Part shown: one piece after another, positions 14,390 to 26,594 of the stretch | How positions within the stretch are numbered: position 1 is the first letter of the stretch | Layout: each line of letters starts with the position of its first letter | Origin: Octopus vulgaris | Lineage: Eukaryota | Assembly: GCA_951406725.2 (NCBI GenBank) | Contig: OX597816.1 | Coordinates: 16,182,001-16,246,000 of the forward strand | Direction: 5' to 3' | DNA length: 64,000 nt | Program-made: the position numbers and the translations under genes | Notes under the pieces: model-generated | Databases searched by the model: none | What the model was told of the DNA's origin: nothing | The model's input: only the letters and a program-made list of their open reading frames with translations

Positions 14390-15670
14390 AGGTCCGTTAA
14401 ACTTCCCAACATGCTAAAAGAGGGTACAATATGCCCTGTCCATAAAGGAGGGAACAGAGCAGATGCTAAAAACTACAGGCCCATCTCTCTGGCCTCACAT
14501 ATTAACAAGGGAATGGAATTCATTGTCAGAAAAAGACTGATCATATTCCTAGAAGAAAACAACCTTCTCACAAGTATGCAACATGGCTTCTGTCCAGGGA
14601 GGAGCTGCAGCACTTTGACTGGGTACTGACACAACAGCTAAACCAGTCAGCTGTAGATGTGATATACCTCAACTTTGCCAAGGCCTTTGACAAGGTTGAT
14701 CATGGCATGATACATCACAAGCTGCAAAACCTTGGTATTACTGGGAAACTGGGAGAGTGGCTGCATGACTTTCTGAAGGGCATGAGTCAGACAGTTGTAG
14801 CCAGTGGTGCCCACTCTGAAGAGACACCAATTCTCAGCGGAGTCCCACAGGAAACTGTACTGGGACCACTACAATTTGTGGTGGCCCTCTCAGACATGCC
14901 CTCTGTGGTACAGTCAGCCAATCCGACCAGTTATGCTGACAACACAAAAGTATTGCAGGCAGTTAGGAACCCAGAGGACATCATAAAATAACAGACAGAC
15001 CTGAATGAAATATATAAATTTCTATAAGGTTGACTGGAAGTCACTTGAAAAATAGATACTTCAGCAGGGCTGACCTAAAAACCTCTCTATGCAAGACATA
15101 GAATTGAAACTCAATAAATTCATGTCAATAATACGAGCCATATGCATTAAATATGTCCAAGAGAAGAGAGATCAATGCTATGAAATTTCAGCCCAACAAT
15201 AGGTTAAAATCAGAATACACTGGATCAGAAGGTAATGCGATCCCAGAGTCAGTGCATGACCTGGGGGTTCACATAAGCAATGATGCAACATTCCATGTTC
15301 ATATTACCAAGATGGCAACACTGTGCAGGTGAGTGGCTGGCTGGATTCTGAGGACATTCAGAACCAGATAAAGAAAGGCCCTGCTATTCCTATGGAGGAC
15401 TTTTGTTCTCAGCCACTTAGACTACTGTTCCCAACTATGGTCCCCAGAGTGTGTGAAACAAACTGTGGAACTTGAAGCAATCCACAAAGAAGATTGACTC
15501 AATGCAAAAGATGGCCTACTGGGAGAGGCTAAAGGAGCTGAGTCTCTATTCCCTGGAGAGAAGATGAGAGAGACATGCAGTGATATATATTTGGAAGATC
15601 TTGGGGTGTTTAGCTCCCACTTTTGGAATTAACAGCCATGCCAATCCTTGAACTGAATGGCATTGCATCA
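14390..15670 (+). mobile_element. CR1-group LINE reverse transcriptase fragment (degenerate)
   Basis: PVHKGG...NYRPISL...QHGF.PGRSC...VIYLNFAKAFDKVDH...SGVPQETVLGPL...YADNTK; later DLGVH...LDYCSQLWSP...YWERLKELSLYSLERR. Confidence 0.9.
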
Positions 15671-15674
15671 TACC

Positions 15675-16062
15675 TTAGTTGGCATATATATTTTATGATT
15701 TCGTACTGTTATTGTTCACAATATAGCTTATTTCTCTTTTTACGAGATCAGTGACAGATTGTCACTGGAAAAAGCAAATAGTATTTTGTGAGTGAAATGA
15801 GTTTTCATCACCAGCTGGTGATTATCACACACTGAAGACAGGTAATTATCCAGAAACCCGGGTCTGTGTGTATCACATCAGGCTAGAGTTGGGAGCGATG
15901 ACCTACCCTTGCAAATACTAATCGGACACAGACAGTGTGTCATTAGCCAACTGGAGGAGATGTCTTCCTGGGGCTATAAACTACAGTAACATCGTCCTCT
16001 ATGGAGCTGCCACATTTAGTTGGCAAATATATTTTACAATTCCGTACTGTTACTGTTTACCT
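15675..16062 (+). mobile_element. Retrozyme-like unit (341-bp period, ~45-bp terminal redundancy)
   Basis: ttagttggcatatatattttatgatttcgtactgttattgtt at 15675 recurs as ttagttggcaaatatattttacaattccgtactgttactgtt at 16016. Non-coding and contains the HHR. Confidence 0.6.
15815..15881 (+). ncRNA. Type I hammerhead ribozyme (helix II degenerate) in a retrozyme-like unit
   Basis: ctggtgat-tat-cacaca-CTGAAGA-caggtaattatcca-GAAA-cccggg-TC-tgtgtg-t-atcacatcag. Helix I has an internal loop, helix III is palindromic, and the cleavage triplet is GUC. Confidence 0.72.
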
Positions 16063-17859
16063 CTCGCTCAGAAATTTAATATAGCATATATATATATATA
16101 ATATATATATATATAAACATATATATGTATATCAACATATATATAGTATATATCTTCTATATAAGTAAGTATGTATAAAATCATGTTGTTGTTCTGGATA
16201 GAATTTTTGTTGAAACTTTTTTCACAAATCCAAGTCAGTTCACATTGACAAGCATACACCCTATTTACATCATAATTGCTACAGCAATTTGACAATTAAC
16301 AATCTCACGCTCCACTTAAACCGTGGGTATTCATAACAAACACTGCTGAATATCACAATGAAAAGAAACTTGAAACACCAAGAAAGAAAGTGAAGTAAGT
16401 TTGTATTATTTTAAATAGAAAAGAATAAATATATTCGAAAGGTGGTTTATAGATATTTGCAAACAACGCTGCAAGAATGGGAAATAACCAGAAATAGAAT
16501 GCAAGAGGTTTTGGTTACAATCCTATGAAACATTTTTACAAAAACATTTCACAGGAGCATAGAAATATGAATACATATTGATACTGTTTTACTCTTTTAC
16601 TTGTTTCAGTCATTTGACTGCAGCCATGCTGGAGCACCACCTTTAGTTGAGCAAATCGACCCCGGGACTTATTCTTTGTAAGCCCAGTACTTATTCTATC
16701 GGTCTCTTTTTGCCGAACCGCTAAGTTACGGGGACGTAAACACACCAGCATCGGTTGTCAAGCAATGCTAGGGGGACAAACACAGACACACAAACACATA
16801 TATATATATATATATATACATATATACGACAGGCTTCTTTCAGTTTCCGTCTACCAAATCCACTCACAAGGCATTGGTGGGCCCGAGGCTATAGTAGAAG
16901 ACACTTGCCCAAGGTGCCGCGCAGTTGGACTGAACCCGGAACCATGTGGTTGGTAAACAAGCTACTTACCACACAGCCACTCCTGCGCCTATGTATATCA
17001 GTTTCCAGTTAATTTTTTCTTTATTTTTGCTTATTTTGTTTTGCTGTCTTATAACTTTCACTTGGACGGATATTATTTTTTTTGTTTTTGCTATGCAATC
17101 TATAATACATAAAAGTCAGTTTCAATCTTGCTTGCTTGCTTGCAATGTTACTCAGCGAAACTGGTGCATAATGGGAAAATACCATGAATTAAGTTTACCC
17201 TGAAATGTTAATAAGAATCGAATGAAACAAGTTTTGCGTAACTCAATAGTTTTCAAGATATTAGAGATTTTCAGGGTATAAATACCCCAAACGGTGCAAA
17301 ATGGGGAAATTGTCCCAAAAATATTCTTCATCCTGAAAGAGAAGAAACTCTTATCACTGCCCAGTTTTTGCTCCTGACTTTGACTCTCCATAAGTCCCAA
17401 ATTTTATTTTGGTACTTACAGGAGCGACTGTCTTTGAAGACTCATATTGTCATTCAATGCTTGAAATGAAGAGTAGATAGACAGCCAACAACTGATGAAG
17501 GGTCGTTCTTTATGTCATTTCTCCTGTTTTCCATTTGTTTATCTCATTGTTTGCATATTGAACTCATTTGTTTTCGTATTTCATGTTGTTTACTGTTGGT
17601 GACATCCTGTACCCATATACGCATATGTATATATACATACATACATACATACATACATACATACATACATACATACATACATACATACATACATCATGAT
17701 AGATCAGTAGACACTACACACATTTTTTTCTCTCCTTGTTTCTTTCTGTGGAAGAGCATAGGCTTGAAACATAAAAGACTTCTTCATTTCCCAAGTGTTA
17801 AACTAATACATCTGTTTGTTTTCTACACCACCTGTCTTTGTCTTTTGTTTTTTGTGTGA

Positions 17860-17985
<126 letters not shown>

Positions 17986-18441
17986 GAGGCGCAATGGCCT
18001 AGTGGTTAGGGCAGCGGACTCGCGGTCATAGGATCACGGTTTCGATTCCCAGACCGGGCGTTGTGAGTGTTTATTGAGCGAAAACACCTAAAGCTCCACG
18101 AGACTCCGGCAATTTGGTACAATTGTTACTTTTCGCACTACAACATTTTATTAAAAGTTGTAAGTATTACAACAACTTTTAATAAAATGTTGTAGTGCGA
18201 AACAATTGTACCAAATTACCGGAGTCATTCTTGTTGCTTATTTTTATTATATATATATATATACATGGAATGATACAGTTATGGAGACTCACATACAAGA
18301 CTTCAAGTTTCTGTGTCAATGATAGGATTAGTACATTTCTTTAGCTGTCTTCAGTCTGGAGCCTGCAGCACCATCAATTACAAACATAGTAAAACCCTAC
18401 ATCACTAGTGGGAAGGAAAACAACTCTATATGGTCTGTCAC

Positions 18442-18522
<81 letters not shown>

Positions 18523-18916
18523 TCTTTTTCTTGTTTCAGTCATTTGACTGTGGCCATGCTGGAGCACCACCTTTAGTTGAGCAAATCGACCCCAGGACTT
18601 ATTCTTTGTAAGCCCAGTACTTATTCTATTGGTCTCTTTTGCCGAACCGCTAAGTGATGGGGACGTAACCACACCAGCATCAGTTGTCAAGCAATGCTAG
18701 GGGGACAAACACTGACACACAAACACACACACACACATATATATATATATACATATATACGACAGGCTTCTTTCAGTTTCCGTCTACCAAATCCACTCAC
18801 AAGGCATTGGTCGGCCCGGGGCTATAGCAGAAGACACTTGCCCAAGATGCCACGCAGTGGGACTGAACCCGGAACCATGTGGTTAGTTAGCAAGCTACTT
18901 ACCACACACCCACTCC

Positions 18917-18977
<61 letters not shown>

Positions 18978-19789
18978 ATCAGGCTGGTCAGATTTGACTC
19001 ATGTGGCCCAGCCACAAAATTTAGACCACTAATATTGAGAAATTAAGATGACGATCACTTTTCCATTTTGTTGCAGAGTTCTGCAATAAAACAAAAAACA
19101 AAAAAAAAGGCACTTCAATTGGCTCTGGAACTATGCTGGTCTTGTATTCAAAATTACATCCTGTAAATCTTTTTTGTTCCCTTTTCAAACAGCATGAAAC
19201 AATTTCAAAGAGAGGAATGACCTGCAGCGGCCAATAACTGCATGAGCACTTCCTCATCATCATCATCATCGTTTAGCGTCCGTTTTCCATGCTAGCATGG
19301 GTTGGACGGGTCAACTGGGGTCTGTGAAGCTGGAAGGCTTCGTCAGGCCCAGTCAGATCTGGCAGTGTTTCTACGGCTGGATGCCCTTCCTAACGCCAAC
19401 CACTCCGCGAGTCTAGTGGGTGTTTTTTTACGTGCCACCTGCACAGGTGCCAGACAGAGCTGGCGAACGGCCACGAACGGATGGTGCTTTTACGTGTCAC
19501 CGGCACGGGGCCAGGCGATGCTGGCAACGGACAAATTTGGACACCTTTATTTACCAGTTAAGTACTCATTGGTTAGAGGTTTTATTCATATATGATAGCA
19601 AGAATGGAATGTATAAGGAGGAATGCTTTGGTAACTAATGTTTTCAAGTTTGAGAGGAGTGTCACAGTGGCTGTGTGGTAATGAGCTTGTTTCTCAACCA
19701 CAAGGTTCTGGGTTCAGTCCTGCTGCATGTGTGGGACCTTAGGCAAGTGTCTTCTACTAATGCTGCAGACCAACCAAATCTTTGTGAGT

Positions 19790-21260
19790 GAATTCAGAAC
19801 CTTCAAGTATTAAGGGGTAGGTACCACAGTTAGGGTGAGCACATTTTCTAACTGATGGGGGTGGATGTGGTGTGTGAAGTTTGGCATTTGTTAAGAGCTT
19901 TTTCAATGGTTTATGTTGCCTTTTGCATTTAAGGATTTTATGTGTATTGATAATATTATTCATTTTCGGGTCCATGGACAGTAAGGGGAGGTTTTGTATG
20001 ATTGTGGTGTGTGCTTCGATGTTTTTGGGGTTGTGGGTGGAAATGTATGGAAGTATTTTGAGGTTGGGTATGTTACTGTGTTGGGTGGTTTTCAGTGTGT
20101 TATTGTCGACTTCCTTGGCACGTTTTATTCCATGGTCTGAGTGTGGAGGGATATTGGTGTTGTAATAGTGTTTTTTGAGGTCTTGAAGGCATATATCCCG
20201 AGTGGTTGGGTCTGAGACAATGGTGCAAATCCTTTTAGCTAAGTTGAAGGGGATACTTATCTTCATGTGTTTTGGGTGGCATGAACTGAAGAGGAGGTAT
20301 TGTTGTGAATCTGTAGGTTTGTGGTAGATGTCGGTTGTGATTTAGTTGTTAGGTGTTTTTATAATTAGGAGATCAAGAAAAGGGAGATGATGTTTGTTGA
20401 ATTCCATAATGAATTGAATGTTGGGATGTATGTTGTTAAGTGCGGTTTTGAAAACCAGAAGTTTTTCATAAGATTCTTTCCATATGACGAAACAATCATC
20501 TAAGTATCTTTTCCAGTTTTCCATTAAGTAAATGTGGAAAAGGTGTCCAAATTTCTGGCGTGATATCTCATAAAGTGATAGTTCGAAGAAGCCCATTATG
20601 AGGTTTGCAAGGACTGGTGCAGCTTTGGTACCCATTGCGATACCACATTTTTGACGGAAGTGTATGTTTTCAAAGAGGAAGTAATTGTTTGTCAGAATGA
20701 ACTTGAGTGATTCTGTAATGAAGGTCTTACTAATGTGGTTAGGAAATGCTTCTGGGTGTTTCTCCAGCCAGAAATCAATTGCCTCAATACCATATTCATA
20801 TAGTAGCAGAAGAGTAGCAGTCCATAAAGAACAGATAAATCTCCCACAATACCATCAAATTCCACTCAGTCGCCACATAGACTCTTGCACTAGAAATAAA
20901 AATCCCAAATTTCGTATATTCCCTTTCTATCAATGTAAAGACAGAATCTCTACACAAGAAAGAATCAACAAGGAGAATCTTTTAATTAAAAAATTCCAAA
21001 CGCTTCTTAATAAGCAAACTCCACAGTGACCGTATTCCTTTTTCTAGCATCCTGTTTGACAAAAAATCCAGCATTCCAATTACAGAGCATAAAATCCACG
21101 GAATTGTCTCCCCTTATTCACAGGAACTGGATAACTTCTACCCCATTTCCTGTTTTGACACAAACATCCAACCTTCTCAAACAAAACACTACACTAAAAC
21201 ACATGTACCCTATCTTTCAAAGAAGTTTTCCCATGGAATAATATTGAACTTAAAAGCATA
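19790..21260 (-). mobile_element. Penelope-like retroelement (RT + GIY-YIG) with inverted segment
   Basis: Minus strand: ILTNNYFLFE...GIAMGTKAAPVLANL...WKRYLDDCF...LPFLDLLI...SIPFNLAKRICTIVSD...LPYISTHNP. Plus strand 20800-21030 encodes the endonuclease C-terminus VHKEQI...FRIFPFYQ...KENLLIKKFQTLLN. Confidence 0.88.
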
Positions 21261-21522
21261 AAGACACTATGATGTATTGGTATACTTATTTTAATATGTT
21301 TGTATATATTTATTATTTTTTGAAAAAAACATTAGAGATTTTTCCCCTTCCTCATCTTGAAAATTTGCCTTGCCATGAAAGCTGGTTTGATTTCCTTTTT
21401 TAATTTTTCTTACACCCATTTATATTAAAATTTGCTTTCAGTTTAGCATTCTGCCTTATTATTTTTTTCCTTTCCTATCATTTCTCCATGTGCGGTTAAC
21501 ACAACCCACCATTTACTGACTT

Positions 21523-21583
<61 letters not shown>

Positions 21584-21599
21584 AGAGAGAGATTTATAC

Positions 21600-21639
<40 letters not shown>

Positions 21640-21655
21640 GGAGAGAGAGAGATTT

Positions 21656-21687
<32 letters not shown>

Positions 21688-22549
21688 GTATAGGTGTGTG
21701 CATGGCTGTGTGATGGTTAAAGAGCTTGATTTGCAACTATGTGGTGTCTGGCTTTCCCAACCACATCGCACCTTGGGCAAGTGTCTTGTGTTATATTCCT
21801 GAGTCTCATGAATGAATTTGGTAGACAGAAACTGTATGGAAGCCTGTAATGTACATATGTGTATGTGTGTGTATGTATGTGTGTGTATAAATACATATAT
21901 CTCATATAACTTATAAAATTGTAATGGTAGGGTGAGCTATTTTGGGGTAAAATGAGAAGGGTGCAAGAGTGTTAGTGTGAAGGAAATGAGGTGAGATAGG
22001 GAGAGTGACTGATATTAGAAAAGGGGAGATTGGAGTTGTGTAAGAGACAAATATGGAGTGGTAATGGTAACATTAATATAGCTGTCATTTAAGGATGCAC
22101 ACATGCGTGTTTTCAATCAGTTTACAAAGCCAAGTTGTAGCCAGCAGATGAAAGCTAATAGAAATATTGTTTGTGTGTGTATGTGTATGCATGTATATAT
22201 TTCACACGCTGTCACCTTTAAGAAAAGAATGATTTATATGAAAAGTTTACTCCATTCACGCGTACGCATACATTTATAACATTAGACACACGGATGGAAA
22301 TCACAAATGGAAATAACTTAATCCTATAACAACTATATTAATCAGAGATATTAAATTTCTAAATATCTCAGAGAGATATATGCGATGGTGGAGCGATAGA
22401 GTGGTTGTATACTGTCAACTTGACGTGACAGTCCCGTAAAGGAATTACGCCACCGGTATGTAGCCCTAGGAAGCATCGACGCTTCCTGTTGGCCTTGACA
22501 CATTTCCTGTGTCCTTATATATTTACAAAGGAGAGACAAACACCCCTAA

Positions 22550-22629
22550 CAGCTAGGCCTGCATCTAGAGACATGCATGTTTCTGGATCTTGCCCATCAT
22601 CAGTCTAGAGTAGCAAGGCCTGCTAGCTG
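22550..22629 (-). ncRNA. Type I hammerhead ribozyme with extended helix I
   Basis: Minus strand reads cagctagcaggccttgctac-tctaga-CTGATGA-tgggcaagatcca-GAAA-catgcatg-TC-tctaga-tgcaggcctagctg. Core is intact, all three helices can form, and GUC cleavage is predicted between 22570 and 22569. Confidence 0.85.
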
Positions 22630-22817
22630 AAGATTAACTCTTTATTATAGGCACAATGGCCTGAATTAAGAGGGGATATTACAATACAAGACATGGGCTA
22701 CATATAATAAAAAAAAATTAAAAAGTATGGTATGACAATGAATTATTTGTAATGAATTAAATGGAATGGCTTTCGAGCCCCCCAAAGCTCGCAGTTTCAT
22801 TTATAATTACAATTGTG

Positions 22818-24078
22818 TTATTCAGGGTGTTCATCTGTTATGTAATAGAGTACTTCCTCCTGTTCTATAATACCTGGCAAACTGTCGTAACGAATGTATT
22901 GCATTATACATACACCTGTATACACATTTCTCAGTTTCATCACTGTTTCTCTTTCCACAATCGCTGCCTTCACCTGGTCATCAAACATCTTCGGGTTCAA
23001 CTTCACTCTGGTTAGACTTTTTATATTTGCCAACTTCTTCTCAATTTCCTTGTCCTTCTTGTACAACATTATCGCTTTAAGATTTCTTCCTTTTGGTCTA
23101 TTTCCTTCCTTACATATTCTCAGCCAATCTTCCACTTTTCTTTCCCATTCTTTCTCCTCCTGCCACCTTGAAACTTCGCTCGCTTTCGTTTCTGTATCTT
23201 CCTCTTCGTGCGTTCGATCCTCTATCTCATCGGTAGTCTTCTTTTTAGTTTTTTTCTTTTTTTTTGTACTTTAGGTGGTGATTCAACCCACGTTCTCTTT
23301 CTATCCTCTTTTTCTGTTGTTCTTCCCTTTTCTTCCTCCTTCACCAACTCATCACCACTTTCTACATTATCTGTGGTCACGATTTCCTCTTCCACATATG
23401 CCTTATGTAACTCCTCTGTCAAAGCCTCCAGTGTTATCATTTCCTCTTGTTCTTCTCTTAGCGGACACATATCTTTCATGTGGCCTCTAATTTTACATTT
23501 GTAACACACTGGGGGGTCTCCCCTCCACCACGACTCTGAGACGTGTCTCATCGGGGAACACCAACTCCTCCGGGATGTTATACATGTCTGGCATGGTTAT
23601 GTGGACCAAAGCCTGTACCGCATAACCCCACCACTTTAGACTTTTCTATCTTCAATATCTCGACATTCTCGGCACAGTTAAATATTGTTGCCACTACAAT
23701 TCTCTCCATGTTCAGTTCTGGTGAAATTTTACTGATTCTTATTCTCACCGCTTGTTTTCCACAATAGCTAGGTAGTAATACCCATTTTTCATTTTTCAAT
23801 ATTTTCGTGGCGTTCTTCTTTGCTTCAGCTTCGTTCTCAAAATGAACTACCACCGTCGTGTACTTTCTACCTCTATTGTAGAAGGTAGTTTTTTCTTCAA
23901 TCTCTTGCAAACACCTCTCGATTTCCTCCACCTCTGCCACTTCTATTCTCTTCGAAGCCACGCTCCACGTTCTGTATGTCACACTACGTTTCTCTGCTTC
24001 TTTCGCTTCTTCTTCTGGTGGTGTGACCCTCAGGCAATCACCTTCCTTCTTGAAACTGTTGAATTTGGTTAAAGTGAT
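22818..24078 (-). mobile_element. ORF1/gag-like protein with CCHC zinc knuckle (L1/Tx1-type ORF1-like), ~420 codons, 3 frameshifts, no RT
   Basis: Joining minus-strand frames gives ...RSVTYRTWS...YTTVVVHFENEAEAKK...AVRIRISKISPEL...IPEELVFPDETRLRVVVEGRPPVCYKCKIRGHMKDMCP, then an acidic/basic low-complexity region, ending YYITDEHPE*. The Cx2Cx4Hx4C knuckle preceded by V.EGRPP resembles non-LTR ORF1 proteins. Confidence 0.75.
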
Positions 24079-25064
24079 TCAAACTGCAAACTCAATGCAA
24101 AATGGTCACATTTAATTCAAAGCATTAAAAATGTTATGAAAACAATTGGTATGTGTTCACAAAGTCCAAATGATTAATACGAAAAAACCCTCCAGGCTAC
24201 ATCCTGAAAATTCATTTCTTTGCCGAATTTCTACAATGTTTACGGCGATTCAAGTTGAGTTTTATATATATAGATTTTGTATATTTATAGATAAATATAT
24301 AAATATACGATAAATAAGACCCCAAGGTACGATATGTAGATGCATATAATGGTGTTTTCCCAAATTATTTATATTATATATATATATTAACTACATACAG
24401 ATATATGTATAAATACATACATACGTAATAATAATAATAATATTGTAAACACTATTATTCATAGCTTTATCTACTTCAAGTTTCACTATTAAAAAGGATT
24501 TATATGTGTATCGTGTGTGTGTGTGTACGTGCATGTATGTATGTGTGTGCATCTTGTGTGTATCGTGTGTGTGTGTATCTTGTGTGTATCATTGTTCTAG
24601 TTGGTTTTGTAATCAATAATTTTAATAATTAGCATTTTCTTAATTGATATCTTAAAGGTATTCAGGAAATACTAGGGAAATTGTATTTTGTTTTATTCAG
24701 TCAAAGAAATTCGCCCTTTCTATCTACATGTGCATATTTTCACATGTGCATGCACTTGTGTGTGTGTGTGTGTGTGTATGCTGCCAGTACTGAAAAGAAC
24801 TGTAGCAAACTGTATGTTTTGCCCAAAGAGTTGCACTCAATCACCTCATTTCCTGCTGTTGCAACTCTGCTTGTGGTCAACCATCCCTGGTTGTTGCTAG
24901 TTAAGGGAAGAAATCGGGAAGAACACAGCCAAAATACTGTATATATATGTGTGTGTGTGTGTGTATGTGTGTTTGTAAACATTCTGCGTTTGTCACCCCA
25001 GCTAGATTGCTTGACAACCGATGCTGGTTTGATGTTTGAGTTGTCCCCAATGAATAGAAGGAAA

Positions 25065-25430
25065 TGGAAGAAGAAGAAGAACAACAACAACAACAAGTAG
25101 TAGTAGAAGAATAAGAAGAAAAGTAGTAGAAGAATAAGAAGAAAAGTAGTAGAAGAATAAGAAGAAAAGTAGTAGAAGAATAAGAAGAAAAGTAGTAGAA
25201 CAACAACAACAAATGGAAGAAGCAGAAGAAGAACAACAACAACAAGTAGTAGTAGAAGACAAAGAAGAAGAAGAAGAAGATGAAGAACAAGTAATAATAG
25301 AAGAAGTAGTGGAGAAAGAAGTAGTGGGGAAAGAAGAAGTGGTGGTGGGTGATGATAGTGTTGGTAGTAGTAGTAATAGCAGCAGTAGTAGTAGTGGTAG
25401 TAATGGTGTTAGTAGTAGTAGTAGTGGTTA
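25065..25430. repeat. Compound (GAA)/(CAA)/(GTA) microsatellite with a 23-bp higher-order unit
   Basis: agtagtagaagaataagaagaaa repeated 4-5 times. Confidence 0.85.
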
Positions 25431-25899
25431 ATGTTGGGGCATGAGAAAAGTATTGTAAAAACTTTTTGATTACATGATAATGAATTCCATTCAACTACTC
25501 ATAATATCAGCTTCACTTGTTACACAATGTGAAGTAATGTATTCAAATGAATTTATTTAATCAACTCTAATAGAATGAAGCTACATAATGATGAGGTTTT
25601 TCACTCTTACTGTTCATTATTAAATCAGCACCATGCAAATGATTCGCTGATCTTTCTTGAAACTCTTTATAAGACTATAATAGATCGAACCGCCTTTCAC
25701 TAGACAACAACTAAAAGAAAAAAACCTACCCCTTTTAGGCATTTAAACTAAACATATCTGGCTAAAATATTTTATCCATGATCTAGTCTCTCTCAGCAAC
25801 CCTACATTGTCTTTCTAAAAACAAACAGTCACATCATTGAAATCTCTTTCTCCTATAAGCACAAGGCTGAGATTTTGAGTGAGGGCGCCATTTGATTAA

Positions 25900-26594
25900 C
25901 CCTTTCGATGCCAACCTGGCTGAAACTGGCTCTAACTCTGTAGAACAAATGTCTTGTTTTCATAAGTACTGAATTAAAATCTTCCACCAAACCTTAGTCA
26001 CAATTTATGTTACTAGCTTAATGATAACTAAGTTATTTTACTAAATTCTTTGTTATAGTTTAAATTAATTGAAAGAATCACAGAGCATCTCAACAGAAAT
26101 ATGGTGACAAAAAGGTTGATATATAATAGAGAAACAATACTTAACCCTTTTGATACCAACCCAACTGAAACTACTTCTGGCTCTGAGTACAAATGTCTTG
26201 TTCTCATAAGTTCTTCCACCAAACCTTAGTCACAATTTATGTCTCTAACATTGGCTTAATGATAACTAAGTTATTTTACTAAATTCTTTGTTATAGTTAA
26301 AATTAATTGAAAGAAGCACAGAGTATCTCAACAGAAATATGGTAACAAAAGGGTTAACAAATGATTAATTTTAACCCTTTTGATACCAACCTGCCTGAAC
26401 TCACCTCTAGTCGGTAGTACAAATGCCTTGTTTTCATAAGTTTTGAATTAAAATCTTCCACCAAACCTTAGTTACAATTTATTTTCTTAACACTAGCTTA
26501 ATGGTAACCAAGTTATTTTACTAAATTCTTTGTTATATTTAAAATAATTGAAAGAAACACAGAGCATCACAAAATAAATACAGTAACGAAAGGG
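25900..26594. mobile_element. Three adjacent piggyBac-like MITE copies
   Basis: Copies at 25900-~26115, 26145-26353 and 26375-26594, each starting TTAA-CCC; the last two end GGG-TTAA and the first has a degenerate right end. Confidence 0.8.

Noticed and set aside
17491-17510. CTGATGA motif
   Set aside because: No nearby GAAA or helix II, so it is not called a hammerhead.
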